Of a stretch of DNA of 60,000 bases, positions 49,480 to 60,000 are shown in pieces. Position numbers and translations under genes: made by a program. A model generated the notes under the pieces. That model was not told the DNA's origin. It was given only the letters and a program-made list of their open reading frames with translations, and ran no database searches. Within the stretch, counting starts at the first letter, position 1. Every line of letters begins with the position of its first letter. This DNA comes from Mobula hypostoma (taxonomy: Eukaryota), in NCBI RefSeq assembly GCF_963921235.1, contig NC_086097.1, positions 116,004,001 through 116,064,000 of the forward strand. The letters are read 5' to 3'.

Positions 49480-51960
49480 TTCTACGGCTTTCTTAGTTGA
49501 CTTCTGCTAGCTTTTAAAAACTTTCTTCTGTTGTCAGCTACAGTTGCGTCTTCCGCCCTTTTAAATACTTCTTCAATTTTAGGATGTATCTAGCCTGCAC
49601 CTTACAAATTGCTCCCAGAGGCTCCAGCCATTGCTGTTCTGCCGTTATCCCTGATGGTGTCCTCTTCCAATTTTAACCAGCTCCTCTCTCATGCCTCACT
49701 AATTGCATTTACTCCACTACATTACCAATACATCTAGTTTTAGCTTCTCCTTCTCAAACAGCAGGGTGAATTCTAGTATATTATTATCACTGTCTCCTCA
49801 GGGTTCCTTTACTTAATCAGATCTGATTCATTACACAAGACCCAATCCAGAATTGCCTTTCTCCCAGTGGGTTCAACCACAAACTGATCTAAAAAGCCAA
49901 TCTGATTTTCACAATCTACCTGAACATTTGGGAGATGCATGTATACCAAAGGAGACGTAAAGCACACTTTTCCTCCGCTAGGCTGCAGCTCACCCTCGGC
50001 CAAGGTGTAGCACGTGTTTAGCCTCTGCCCTCAGCACGATCAGGGTCAAGTGGTCATGACAGCCCTTGGTGTATATCACTGGTTATTTAACCATTGCTGC
50101 CAGGCAGGCAATCACTGAAGTGCATTGATAGTGGTTAGGGCCACCGGTCTTGTGAATGCTCTGCCCAGGAGAAGGCATGGGCAAACCACTTCTGTAGAAA
50201 ATTTGCCAAGAACAATCATGTCATGCATAGAGAAAATAATAAGGACAACAATATGAAGAGGGTCTTTCTCACAGGCAGAGGGAAAGACTGTGATCACTCA
50301 CATCATATGACACGGCACATAATGATGATGATCTGCATATTGAAATCCACCATGACTAGTCTAGCACTGCATTTCTTACATGTCCTTTCTATCTCCCATT
50401 GAAATTTGTACCCCACATCCTGGCTTCTATTCGGAGGCCCGCATATAACTCCCATCAGGGTCTTTTTACCTTTACCATTTCTTAACCACCCACAAGGATT
50501 CTACATCTTCTAATCCCATGTTCCCTCTTTCTAAGGATTTGATTTCATTTTTACCAAGAAAGCCACAATACCTCCTCTGCCTACCTACCTGTCCTGTCTA
50601 TACAATGTGTATCCATGAACGTTAACATCATAACTATGATCTTCTTTCAGCCACGACTCAGTGATGTCCACAACGTTATGTCTGTCAATCTGTAACTGTG
50701 CTACAAGTTCATCTATCTTATCCCATATACTACATGCATTCAAATCTAGCACCTTCAGTCCGGTACTCATCATCTTTTTCAATTTTGCTCCTATGTTACA
50801 GTTCAGCTTATCCCACTGACTGCAATTTTGCCCTATCATCTGCCTGTCCTTCCACACAGTGATGCTATGCACTGTATCAACCAATTACCCCATCCTCAGC
50901 CCCATAATCTGCCTGCCGAATTAGTTTAAACCCTCCCCAACAGCTCTGCCAAACCTGTCAACAAAAATACTTGTCTCCCTCGGGTTCAGGTGTGAACCAT
51001 CCTATCTGTACAGTTCATCCCTTCCCCAGAAAAGATCCCAATGATCCAGAAATCTGAAACTCTGTTCCTGCATCAGTCCCCCAGCCGCACTATCATCCGC
51101 CAAATCATTCTGCTCTTACCCTCATTGACACATGGCACAGGCAGCAATCCACAAATTACTACTATGGAGGTCCTGCTTTTCAGCTTTCTCCCTAACTGCC
51201 TATATTTTCTCCTAAGGACCTTCCTCATCCCTTTTCCTACCATGTCATTGCTACCAATATATACCATGCCTTCTTGCTGTTCACTTTCCTCCTTTTACAA
51301 TTCTGTGGACCCATCCTGAGACATCCCTGATCCTGGCACCTGGGAGGCAACATACCATCCAAGTGACCCTTTTACACCCACAGAATGTCCTGTCTGCTCC
51401 TCTAACTATGGAATCTCCTTTCAGTACTGACTTGTCTACTACCCCTCTCCTTCTGAGCCACAGAGCCAGACTCAGTGCCAGAGACCTGACTGCTGTGGCT
51501 TTCCTTTGATATGTCACACCCTTGACAGTACCCATGGTGGTATACTCGTTGTTGAGGGGAATAGCTATAGGGGTACACTGCACTGGCTGCCTATCCCCTT
51601 TCCCACTCCTGACAGTTTCCTGTCTCCTGTACCATCTTTCACGTCTTGTTGATCAGAAACTCAGCCTCTCAAATATCTGGAGTTCATTCACTTCCAGCTC
51701 TTTTTCCTTAATGTGGCCTCTAAGAAGCTGCAGCTTTTTCAGCTGTAGTCATCAGGGACACTAGGGGTCTCCTTGCCTTCCTACATCCCGCTACAGGAGC
51801 ATTCCACTCCCCTGCCCGGCATTCCCATTGACCTAACTGTGCAAGAAGAAAGACGGAAAGATTAAACAAAAAAATCTACCCACTGTCTCTGCTCCTCCTC
51901 TATGAGTCAAATCCTGAGCTCCCCGAACACTGGCCCACTCACACAATGGCTGCTCCCACA
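49480..51960 (-). mobile_element. Decayed CR1 (ORF1 esterase plus endonuclease)
   Basis: KGDSIVRG..VCCLPGAR, YIGSND, LNACSI..ITESWL and AILDWVLCNE motifs. Confidence 0.85.
49929..50330 (+). mobile_element. RTE-related short retroposon nested in the CR1
   Basis: GGAGAAGGCATGGGCAAACCACTTC (RTE/Bov-A-like motif), GACACGGCAC plus (TGA)n tail; degenerate 11-bp TSD ACCTGAACATT (49918) and ATCTGCATATT (50331). Confidence 0.75.
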
Positions 51961-52594
51961 ATGGCCACTCCACAGAAACCTAACTTCTTTTTATTGGCCC
52001 TTGCCAAGGATCCAATTACACACAATCCAATGTCTCCTTGGGAATTGAGGTGCGTGAGATGTCCTAACTGCCTCCTGCTTACTTCATTTGAACTCTCCCT
52101 GCCACTACACAATCCTTCAACTCCTGAGGGACTTGGGCGTGCAGAATCATGGAATCATGGGGAGATGCAGCTTGGAAACAAAACTTGTGGCTCAGGGGGT
52201 CTGTAATGACCATAAGCACACATTTCTTCATAGATCTTACCTTAAGCTATTTTATTCCCTCCACATTCCCATTAATTCTCCCCCAGATTCTACACACACT
52301 AGAGGCAATTTACAGAGGCCAAGTAAAATATTAGCTCACACGTGTTTGCTGTTGCTCTCCCATTTAGATTCAAACTGCAACCTCTCGGTCATTGACCTAT
52401 GGACCCAGTTTCTGTGGGTAAGTGATAAATGACTGTGATGCACATTGATAATGTCATTAAATACTCATAAAACAGATAGATTTCACTTACGTTAGTGTGG
52501 ATCATGACTGGATCATGACCGGTTTACTGATGGTTGAGAATTCAACTGTAATTAAGTAGAACAGAATCACAGAATAGAAACAGATTTATTACCA

Positions 52595-53815
52595 GGATCT
52601 GAATCAGGTTTATTCTCACCAGCATGTGTCATGAACTTTGTTGCTATGCAGAAACAGGACATTGCAATACATAGTCATAAAAACTGAATTACAGAAAGAA
52701 GTGAAAAGTTAAATTAAATAAATGGTGCAAAAAAAATAGTGAAGCTGTTCTCATGGGTTCAATATCCATTCTGAAATCTGATGGCAGAGGGAAAGAAGCT
52801 GTTCCTGAATTGTAGAGCGTGTGCCTTCAGGCTCCTGTACCTCCACCCTGATGGTAGCAATGAGAAGAGACCATGTCCTGGGTGATGGGGGTCCTTAATG
52901 ATAGATGCCGCCTTTTTGAGGCATCGCTCCTTGAAGATGTCCTCAATTGTGGGGAGTCTAGTGTCCGTGATGGAGCTGATTGATTTCATAACTTTCTGCA
53001 GCCTATTTTGAACCCATGCAGTGCCCCAACCCCACCATACCAGATGGTGATGCAGCCAATTAAAATGTTTTCCACATTATATCTGTAGAAGTTTGAGAGT
53101 GTCTATGGTGACATACCAAATTTCCTCAAACTCCTTATGAAATACTGCCACTGTAGTGCCTTCTTTGTAGCTACATCGATGTGTTGGGCCCAGGATAGAT
53201 CCCCAGAGATGTTGACACCCAGGAACTTGAAATCACTGATATATGTCATGACATTTGTTGTTTTGTGGTAGCAGTACAGTGAAATACATGGAAAATTACT
53301 ACAAGTTGCAATAAGAAATATATGGCATATATAAATATTATGTATTAAAGAGCAGAAAGTGAGATAGTGTTCATGGTCTGTACAGAAAGCTGATGGCGGA
53401 AGGAAAGAACTGCTCCCCTCTGCTATCAGATTGTTGAATGCTGAATGTGTGTCTTTGGGCTTCTGCATTTTCTCCCTGATGGCAGCAATAAGAAGAGGGC
53501 ATGTCCTAGATGGCAAGGGTTCTTAAAGATGGATGCTGTCTTCCTGAAGCACCACCATTTGACACTGTCTTCAGTGGTGAGGAGCCTGGTGCCCATGATG
53601 GAGCTTGCTGAGTTAACAATTCTCTGCAGCTTTTTCTGATCCTGCACATTGGTACCTCCATGCCAGAGGGCAATGCAAACAGTCAGAATGCTCTCCACAG
53701 TAATTGCTGGAGTCCTTGGTGACATAGCAGCTCAACTCAAACTCCTAAAGAACTATAACCACCCGCGAGCCTTCTGCATAATCACATCAATATGTTGGTC
53801 CCAGGATAAGCAATT
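52595..53815 (-). mobile_element. Two adjacent Rex1/Babar-type 3' fragments
   Basis: KDPHHPGHGLFSLLPSG..FRNSFFPSAIR and a second copy HALFLLLPSGRK; KFLGVNIS..KKA..YFIRSLRKFGMS. Confidence 0.85.
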
Positions 53816-53973
53816 TCTATGTTCGTAATATGAGCAGGAGGTATGATTTGACTGATGTTCTAACTTAAATGAAAACACTTTGCTTCCCTACAGAAAGGCA
53901 GCGACCTTGAAGAGGAAAATGGAGTTGCATTTCAGGTCAATATCTTTTCATCAGATTGTCATCAATAATTAAA

Positions 53974-54023
53974 GTTGAATCTAATCTAAACTAATCTAAT
54001 CTAATCTAATCTAATTTAATCTA
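53974..54023 (+). repeat. (TCTAA)n tract, a tail-only retroposon insertion
   Basis: GTTGAA(TCTAA)n flanked by a perfect 13-bp direct repeat ATCAATAATTAAA at 53961-53973 and 54024-54036. Confidence 0.85.
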
Positions 54024-54039
54024 ATCAATAATTAAATTC

Positions 54040-55930
54040 CAACTGGAAGTTAACAACCCAGTTGCAGAGGGGTGTACAGAGGCACAAGTTTTGGAACTGT
54101 TGATTAGTACTGAGGGTATCATGGTGTTGAATGCTGAGTTGTAATCAATAAACAGCAGTCTGATGTAGCTATTGCTATTGTGTAGGTGAGCCAAGGCCAA
54201 GTGGAGAGACAGTCAGATTGCATCCTATAGACCAATTGTGACGATAGGCAAATTAGAGTGGGTCCATGTCATTGATTAGGCAGATGATGATTCTGGCTAG
54301 GACTAACCTCTCAAAGCATATCATCACAGTGGATCTTATTGTAACTGGGTGATAGTCAATGAGGCAGCTCACCCTGCTCGGCTTGGGCACTGGCACGATT
54401 GTTGCCCTCTTGAAGCAGGTAGGAAGCTCTGACTGCAGCTGTAGGAGAATGAAGATGTCTTTGTACACCCTCACTAATTGGTTGGCACAGGTTTTGAGTT
54501 GCATACCAGGTGTGTAAAAAAGGCCTTGAGCTCATCTGAAAATGAAACATCACAGCCATTCAGGATGTTAGGCATATTTTTCTATGAAGTGATGGTGTTC
54601 AGACCCTGCCAGAACTGATGTGCATCCAATTCCATCTCTAACTTCAATCGTTATTGTTTCTTCTTCCCTCTTAACATTGCCTTCTCTAAGTCATAGCTGA
54701 ACCGCTTATATAGTTCTTGATCACCTGTCTTGAATGCCACAGATCTTGTCCTTAAGAGACTATAAGTCTGTTTGTTCATTCAAGCCTTTTGGTTCGGTGA
54801 TATCCCGTATGTTCTCAAAGGCACACTCTCGTCTACACAGATCTTGATAAATTTGCTGACAACTGTGGCATATTCATTGAGATTCAAAGATGAATCCTTG
54901 AATATTGTCCAGATCACCAACTCAAAGCAGTCACGTAAGTGCTCCCTTGCCTCCCCTGACCATACCTTGTTGGGATTCACCACTCGTGCTGTAGTCTTTA
55001 GTCTCTATCTGTACACCAGGATTAGAAGTACAGCCAGGTGATTGAACTTTCCAAACTGTAGGCATGGGATGACATGGTAAGCTTTCTTGGTGGTGTTGGC
55101 TCCTCAGGTTCCACAGGTGATATGTTGGTGGTAGTTGTTCAGTGGCTACTACAAGTCGGTTTGGTTGAAATCCCCCACAATGATACGGAAGGCACCCAAG
55201 TGCGCTGTTTCATGACTGCTGATCATGGTGCTCAGCTCCTCCAGAGTCTGTCTGACATTGGCCTGAGTTTGAATGCATACCACTACCAGGATGATTGTGG
55301 AAAACTCCCTTAGGAGATAAAATGGATAACATTTGACCACTAGATGTTCAGATTAGGTGAGAAGGATTGAAAAAGCAGTGCTGTGTCTTTGCACCATGAT
55401 GAGTTAATCATAAAGCATACTCTACTTCATTCCTCTACGCTTAAAAGACTAAGTCTTCCTATCTTTGCAGAGAATGATGAAGCCATCAGGCTGCAGCACT
55501 GCTTCTGAAATGGTGTAGGTTAGCCACGTTTCAATGAAGCAATGTACACAGCAGTCCCTGATATTCTTCTAGTACTACAACCTTGCTCTGAGGTCTTCAA
55601 TTTTATTTGCCAGAGACTGTACATTTACCAGCAGGATAGTGGGTCTAAAGACTCTATATTTTAAACGTACCTGTAGTCTGGCCCGACTTCCCCACTTCTG
55701 TTTTCTTAAAGAAGAAATGCAATTGTGACCTGAGTCAGCCATCTGAGTTTCACCAAATTTGAGCATTGATAGATTTTTAAAACATTTCAAAATGATGATG
55801 CTTACTAAAGTATCCATGGCTGTGATTGTGAATTTCAGCTGTAATAGTCCAAAATGGGAATAGCTGATGATTCCTATTGGAGCTACACATAAAAAGTTGA
55901 TATTTATTGGCGCTGTCTTAGCCATCTTCT
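54040..55930 (-). mobile_element. Rex1/Babar-type LINE 5' portion (endonuclease plus RT N-terminus), decayed
   Basis: 5' AAGATGGC; PTILLVNVQSLANKIEDL, IIVGDFNQ, CFKRATIVPVPK..DYHPV..CFERLV. Confidence 0.85.
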
Positions 55931-56937
55931 CGAGATATGCTCTCTTGACATAGGTGTCCTTGTTTGCCATTTTCTGCTTTTGTTTCAGATTTCTAGCATC
56001 GGCAGTTTATTTTGCTTCAGTTCCTTTAAGGGCCAGCTTTTGCTTTTTCCAGGACAAGTTTGATTTAGCTGCCTTTTGCCTCTCATATCATTGCACACAA
56101 TGGCTCAATGGGAGGGAGCAAGTATAGTTCAGAATTACCATCTGCACAATATTGTGTTCAGTTCAGTGGTACAGAATTCTGGACAAACTGAACTTTCTTT
56201 TAAGTTTTCAGCTTCATCAATAAGTTGCAAATCCAGCAAGTTGAAACTTTTATATTTCCTAATGCAATGTGGTTGATTTGAGTGTCATTCCCCAGAGGCA
56301 GGCTGGACACAACTTAAACTGCCAATCCAGTATCATCATTAATCATCGTACACCTTGGGAATATTTGAAGCAGATTCTCTATCAAAATTACTGCTATGTC
56401 CAATGTAGAAGAAATCGGACTTTGATGGTACAACTCATTTGCTGATGAGCTGCGTATTCAAATAGAAATCAATCCTTCTAACACCTGTGGGTGCTGATAG
56501 GCAAATATGTTTCCCTTACAGATTCACTGAAAACTTCAGCACAGAAGCAGGCCCTTCAGCCCATCTAGTCCATGCTGATCTATTAATGTGCCTAGTTTCA
56601 TTGACCTGCTCCTGGGCCATAGCCTTCCAACCCTCCCATCAACATATCTTCCAAATTTCTCTTAAATGTTGAAATCAAATCCGCATCCATCACGTCTGCT
56701 GGCAGTTCGTTCCACAATCACACCATCCTTTGAGTGAAGAAGTCCCCTCTCTTTCCCCTTGAATCACTACATAATGCAATTTCTCAAAAAACTTCATCTT
56801 GAGATGAAGGGCTCCAGAACAGGCAACAGTGGCAGGAATGAGTTGCCTTGTCTGTCAGTGGACTCAGGGCACAGAGCACAGGGCACTAACTAACTAGCTA
56901 CATGGGTTCTGGAACATCAAGTAATATTCCACCTAGT

Positions 56938-57150
56938 CAACACAAGAGATTCTGCAGATGATGGAATCCAGAGCAACAAACATAAAATACTGGATGATCA
57001 CAACAGGTCAGACAGTATCTATAGAGAAGAATAAATAGATGGCATTTTGGGCTAACACCCCTGCTGTCAAGAAGGATTTCAGCCTGAAACATCAATTATT
57101 TATTCTTCTCCATAGATGCTGGCTGACCTGCAGAGTTCCTTCAGCAGTTT
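56938..57150. mobile_element. Palindromic PLE-terminus derivative (decayed)
   Basis: Arms CAGGTCAGACAGTATCTATAGAGAAGAATAAA and TTTATTCTTCTCCATAGATGCTGGCTGACCTG. Confidence 0.75.
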
Positions 57151-57354
57151 GGGTTATTCTACTTCATTGTTGTTGTTTGCTCTCTTAATTCATCACATGT
57201 ATTCTTCTCCAAATTTATATCATGCACGGACAGCAAGATGCTTCCTTGTAGCATGACAACATCCTAAATTAGTATTCACACAAGATTTTCGCCTTCAGTT
57301 TCTTCAACAATCCAACAATCAAAGTATTTTTTCAGTTGCTGATGGGCAGGGATA

Positions 57355-57830
57355 ATTTACAAAGATGTTGTTGGGATTTGAGGACCTGAGTTATAGGGAA
57401 AGATTGAATAGGTTAGGAGTTTATTCCCTATAACATAGAAGAGGGAGGAGAGATTTGATAGAGATAAACAAAATTATGAAGGGTATCAATAGGGAAAATG
57501 CAAGCAGGCTATACCTATTGAGGTTGAATGAGACTAGAACTAGATGTCATGGGTTAAGGGTGAAAGGTGAAATGTTCAAGGGGAACCTGAGAGGAAACTT
57601 CTTCACTCAGAGGGTGGTGAGATTGTGGAATGAGCTACCAGCAGAAGTGATGGATGTGGGTTTGATTTCAATGTTTAAGAGAAATTTGGATAGGTACATG
57701 GATGAGAGGGGTATGGAGGGCTATGCTCTGGGTGCAGGTTCATGCGAGTAGGTAGATTAATGGTCTGGAACAAGCTAGGTGGGCTGAAGGGCCCATTTCT
57801 GTGCTGTAATGCTGTATGTTTCCATGACAC
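57355..57830 (+). mobile_element. CR1 3' fragment
   Basis: ORF 57455-57751 resembles 2416-3012 (FFTQRVV.LWNELP). Confidence 0.9.
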
Positions 57831-58912
57831 TATGTACAAAGCAAATGCCAGAAATCTGACTCATAGACCACTCTCCTACAGGGTAAATAAAAAGAATACA
57901 TACAGTAGACTCTTTATAGATCAGGGAGTACCTGGCAAGAGAACAAGAGTTGAAGCTTCCGGAACAAGAGTCTTCTTCAGAAGAACATTTTACAAGTAGA
58001 CAGGTTCCTGATGCTGTGAAACATTGGCAATAATTCAAGAGTTCGTAACAAACAGCCACTGCATTTGCCATTGTCGACTGTGAACTGAGTGCACATACAC
58101 TTTGTGCAGATCTCATTTATCAAAACCTCCTGCAAGGTCTTGCTCCAAGGCATAGCCTTCCATCCATTAATTTATCACTGGAGTGTGGGAGGGGATGGAA
58201 GGCAGGTTAAGCTCCGACACAAAATCGCAATCAATTTTCCGACTGCAGTTTGAGTTGCCCCCGTTTAGCCAGCTGTCAAATCTTTCACAACAGTTCTGTC
58301 ATTCTGAAATGGTTTTGCATATTTCGATGATATTGAAAGCTATTAAAGTATTAAATAAATATGAAAATAAATTTAAGATAAAAATTTAGGAAGATAAACA
58401 GACAAATTAACAAAAAATTAATCAAGGGGAGTAATCTATAAATACCTTAATCCCTGGCATCCATTTTCCTCCTTTGAAGCATGCTTTACAAATTTGTTTT
58501 AGTGATTTTTCAGCAAAAATTTAGTTACAGAACTGTTGGTAATTTTCTGCAAGGTCTAATCCCGTTGATATGCATTTCTGATGGTTTGTATGTCATCTAA
58601 ATGAGTCTAATATCTTCTCCTTTGTTTTCTATATTTTCAGCATTGTCACTTTTCTTATTGCACATCAAATTAGAAAAAATGTTTAAAAATTAAATAAATA
58701 CACAACTTCTGCCTGTAGTACTAAAATGTGCTTCGAATGTGATTGTCAGTAAATGACCCTAGCTTTCTCTATTTACCAAAAAAGTGAGTATGAAAGCGAA
58801 AGACCTGGCCATCATTCATCATGTGAAAAGGAGTGTTGAAGGGATGGTTTGTAGTGTGCCATTTTTTGCAGCAAAATTCAGTGGTGCACCAGGTCCAGTG
58901 GAATAGACATGA

Positions 58913-59468
58913 ACAACAGGAATTCTGCAGATGCTGGAAATTCAAGCAACACACATCAAAGTTGCTGGTGAACGCAGCAGGCCAGGCAGCATCTGTAGGA
59001 AGAGGTGCAGTCGACGTTTCAGGCCGAGACCCTTCGTCAGGACTAACTGAAGGAAGGGTGAGTAAGGGATTTGAAAGTTGGAGGGGGAGGGGGAGATCCA
59101 AAATGATAGGAGAAGACAGGAGGGGGAGGGATAGAGCCGAGAGCTGGGCAGGTGATAGGCAAAAGGGGATACGAGAGGATCATGGGACAGGAGGTCCGGG
59201 ATGAAAGACAAGGGGGGGGGGAGACCCAGAGGATGGGCAAGAGGTATATTCAGAGGGACAGAGGGAGAAAAAGGAGAGTGAGAGAAAGAATGTGTGCATA
59301 AAAATAAGTAACAGATGGGGTACGAGGGGGAGGTGGAGCCTTAGCGGAAGTTAGAGAAGTCGATGTTCATGCCATCAGGTTGGAGGCTACCCAGACGGAA
59401 TATAAGGTGTTGTTCCTCCAACCTGAGTGTGGCTTCATCTTTACGGTAGATGAGGCCGTGGATAGGCA
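58913..59468 (-). mobile_element. Young Neptune-type PLE 3' end
   Basis: IHGLIYRKDEATLRLEEQHLIFRLGSLQPDGMNIDFSNFR*, then pyrimidine-rich UTR and terminal repeat; CpGs retained; possible TSD ATAGACATGA / ATAGGCATAA. Confidence 0.92.
59008..59045 (-). ncRNA. Minimal type I hammerhead ribozyme motif
   Basis: Minus strand: UAGUC CUGACGA AGG-GUCUCGG-CCU GAAA CG UC/ GACUG. The conserved core is intact, helix I has 5 bp and helix III is palindromic (ACGU). Confidence 0.75.
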
Positions 59469-59749
59469 TAAATCTTGAACACATATTAGCAGGGGAAGTA
59501 GCAGTCCAAACTTATGAAGAGTCTTTGAAACATCAAAAAATCATGATCAGCTGATATGGCATTGTGTTGGGGTCATAATCTGGTCATAGTTCTCTTGGGG
59601 TCATGAGAGAGTTGGGGTTTATGGTTTGGGTCGTGATGGGGAGGCTGTTGACAGCCTGAAGGAGAACCACCGTAGTATAAAACATTTCATTAGAGTTACA
59701 TCGAACATCAAGAACTTAGCTATACTAATTTCATATTTCCATCAATTCC

Positions 59750-59945
59750 TCCTGATTCTAGATCACACATCTACATTCTAGGAGTATTTTGCAATGACCA
59801 ATTAACTTACCAAATCAGCATGTCCTTGGACGTGGAGGGAAACCAGACAACCCATAGAAACCCGCAGAGACAATACTGGAGGTCAAGATTGCGCCCACTT
59901 CTTTGAAGATGTGAGGCACTACCTCTACTGGCTCGACAACTGTGG
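59750..59945 (-). mobile_element. Decayed V-SINE-like element
   Basis: CCAATTAACTTACC..CATGTCCTTGGA.GTGGAGGGAAACCAG..ACCCA, the reverse of the V-domain. Confidence 0.55.
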
Positions 59946-60000
59946 CTACAGCTGAATATGGCCCTGGGTCTGAACTCAGGTCCAGAGACCAGAATAGGCC

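Noticed and set aside
1..60000. CRISPR arrays, prokaryotic operons, retrons, rRNA or genuine tRNA genes
   Set aside because: No regularly spaced repeats or operon structure. The RTs are eukaryotic retroelement types and the tRNA-like boxes belong to decayed SINEs.

Overview
Eukaryotic, gene-poor DNA dominated by transposable elements. The mix of CR1, Rex1/Babar, RTE, V-SINE, Penelope-like (PLE), BEL/Pao and Tc1 remnants suggests a cartilaginous fish, probably a ray (inference from recalled family motifs, not a database result). I cannot confidently identify any host protein-coding gene; the long ORFs are retroelement ORFs or their antisense shadows. The main elements are two young convergent CR1 LINEs (one near full length, with a zinc-finger/esterase ORF1 and a duplicated promoter-like monomer), a BEL/Pao gag-protease relic, an RTE split by a CR1, and many PLE pieces carrying minimal hammerhead ribozyme motifs (one core intact). 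The most interesting observations are: (1) two independent 65-75 bp copies of DNA from about 0.8-1 kb upstream, each sitting exactly at a retroposon 5' junction with the same geometry; (2) palindromic PLE derivatives centred on the hammerhead; (3) a ribozyme-like fold in an RTE 5' UTR; (4) a tail-only insertion that created a microsatellite; (5) an unexplained CpG-retaining, coding-like segment near 48 kb. Boundaries of old elements are approximate (tens of bp).
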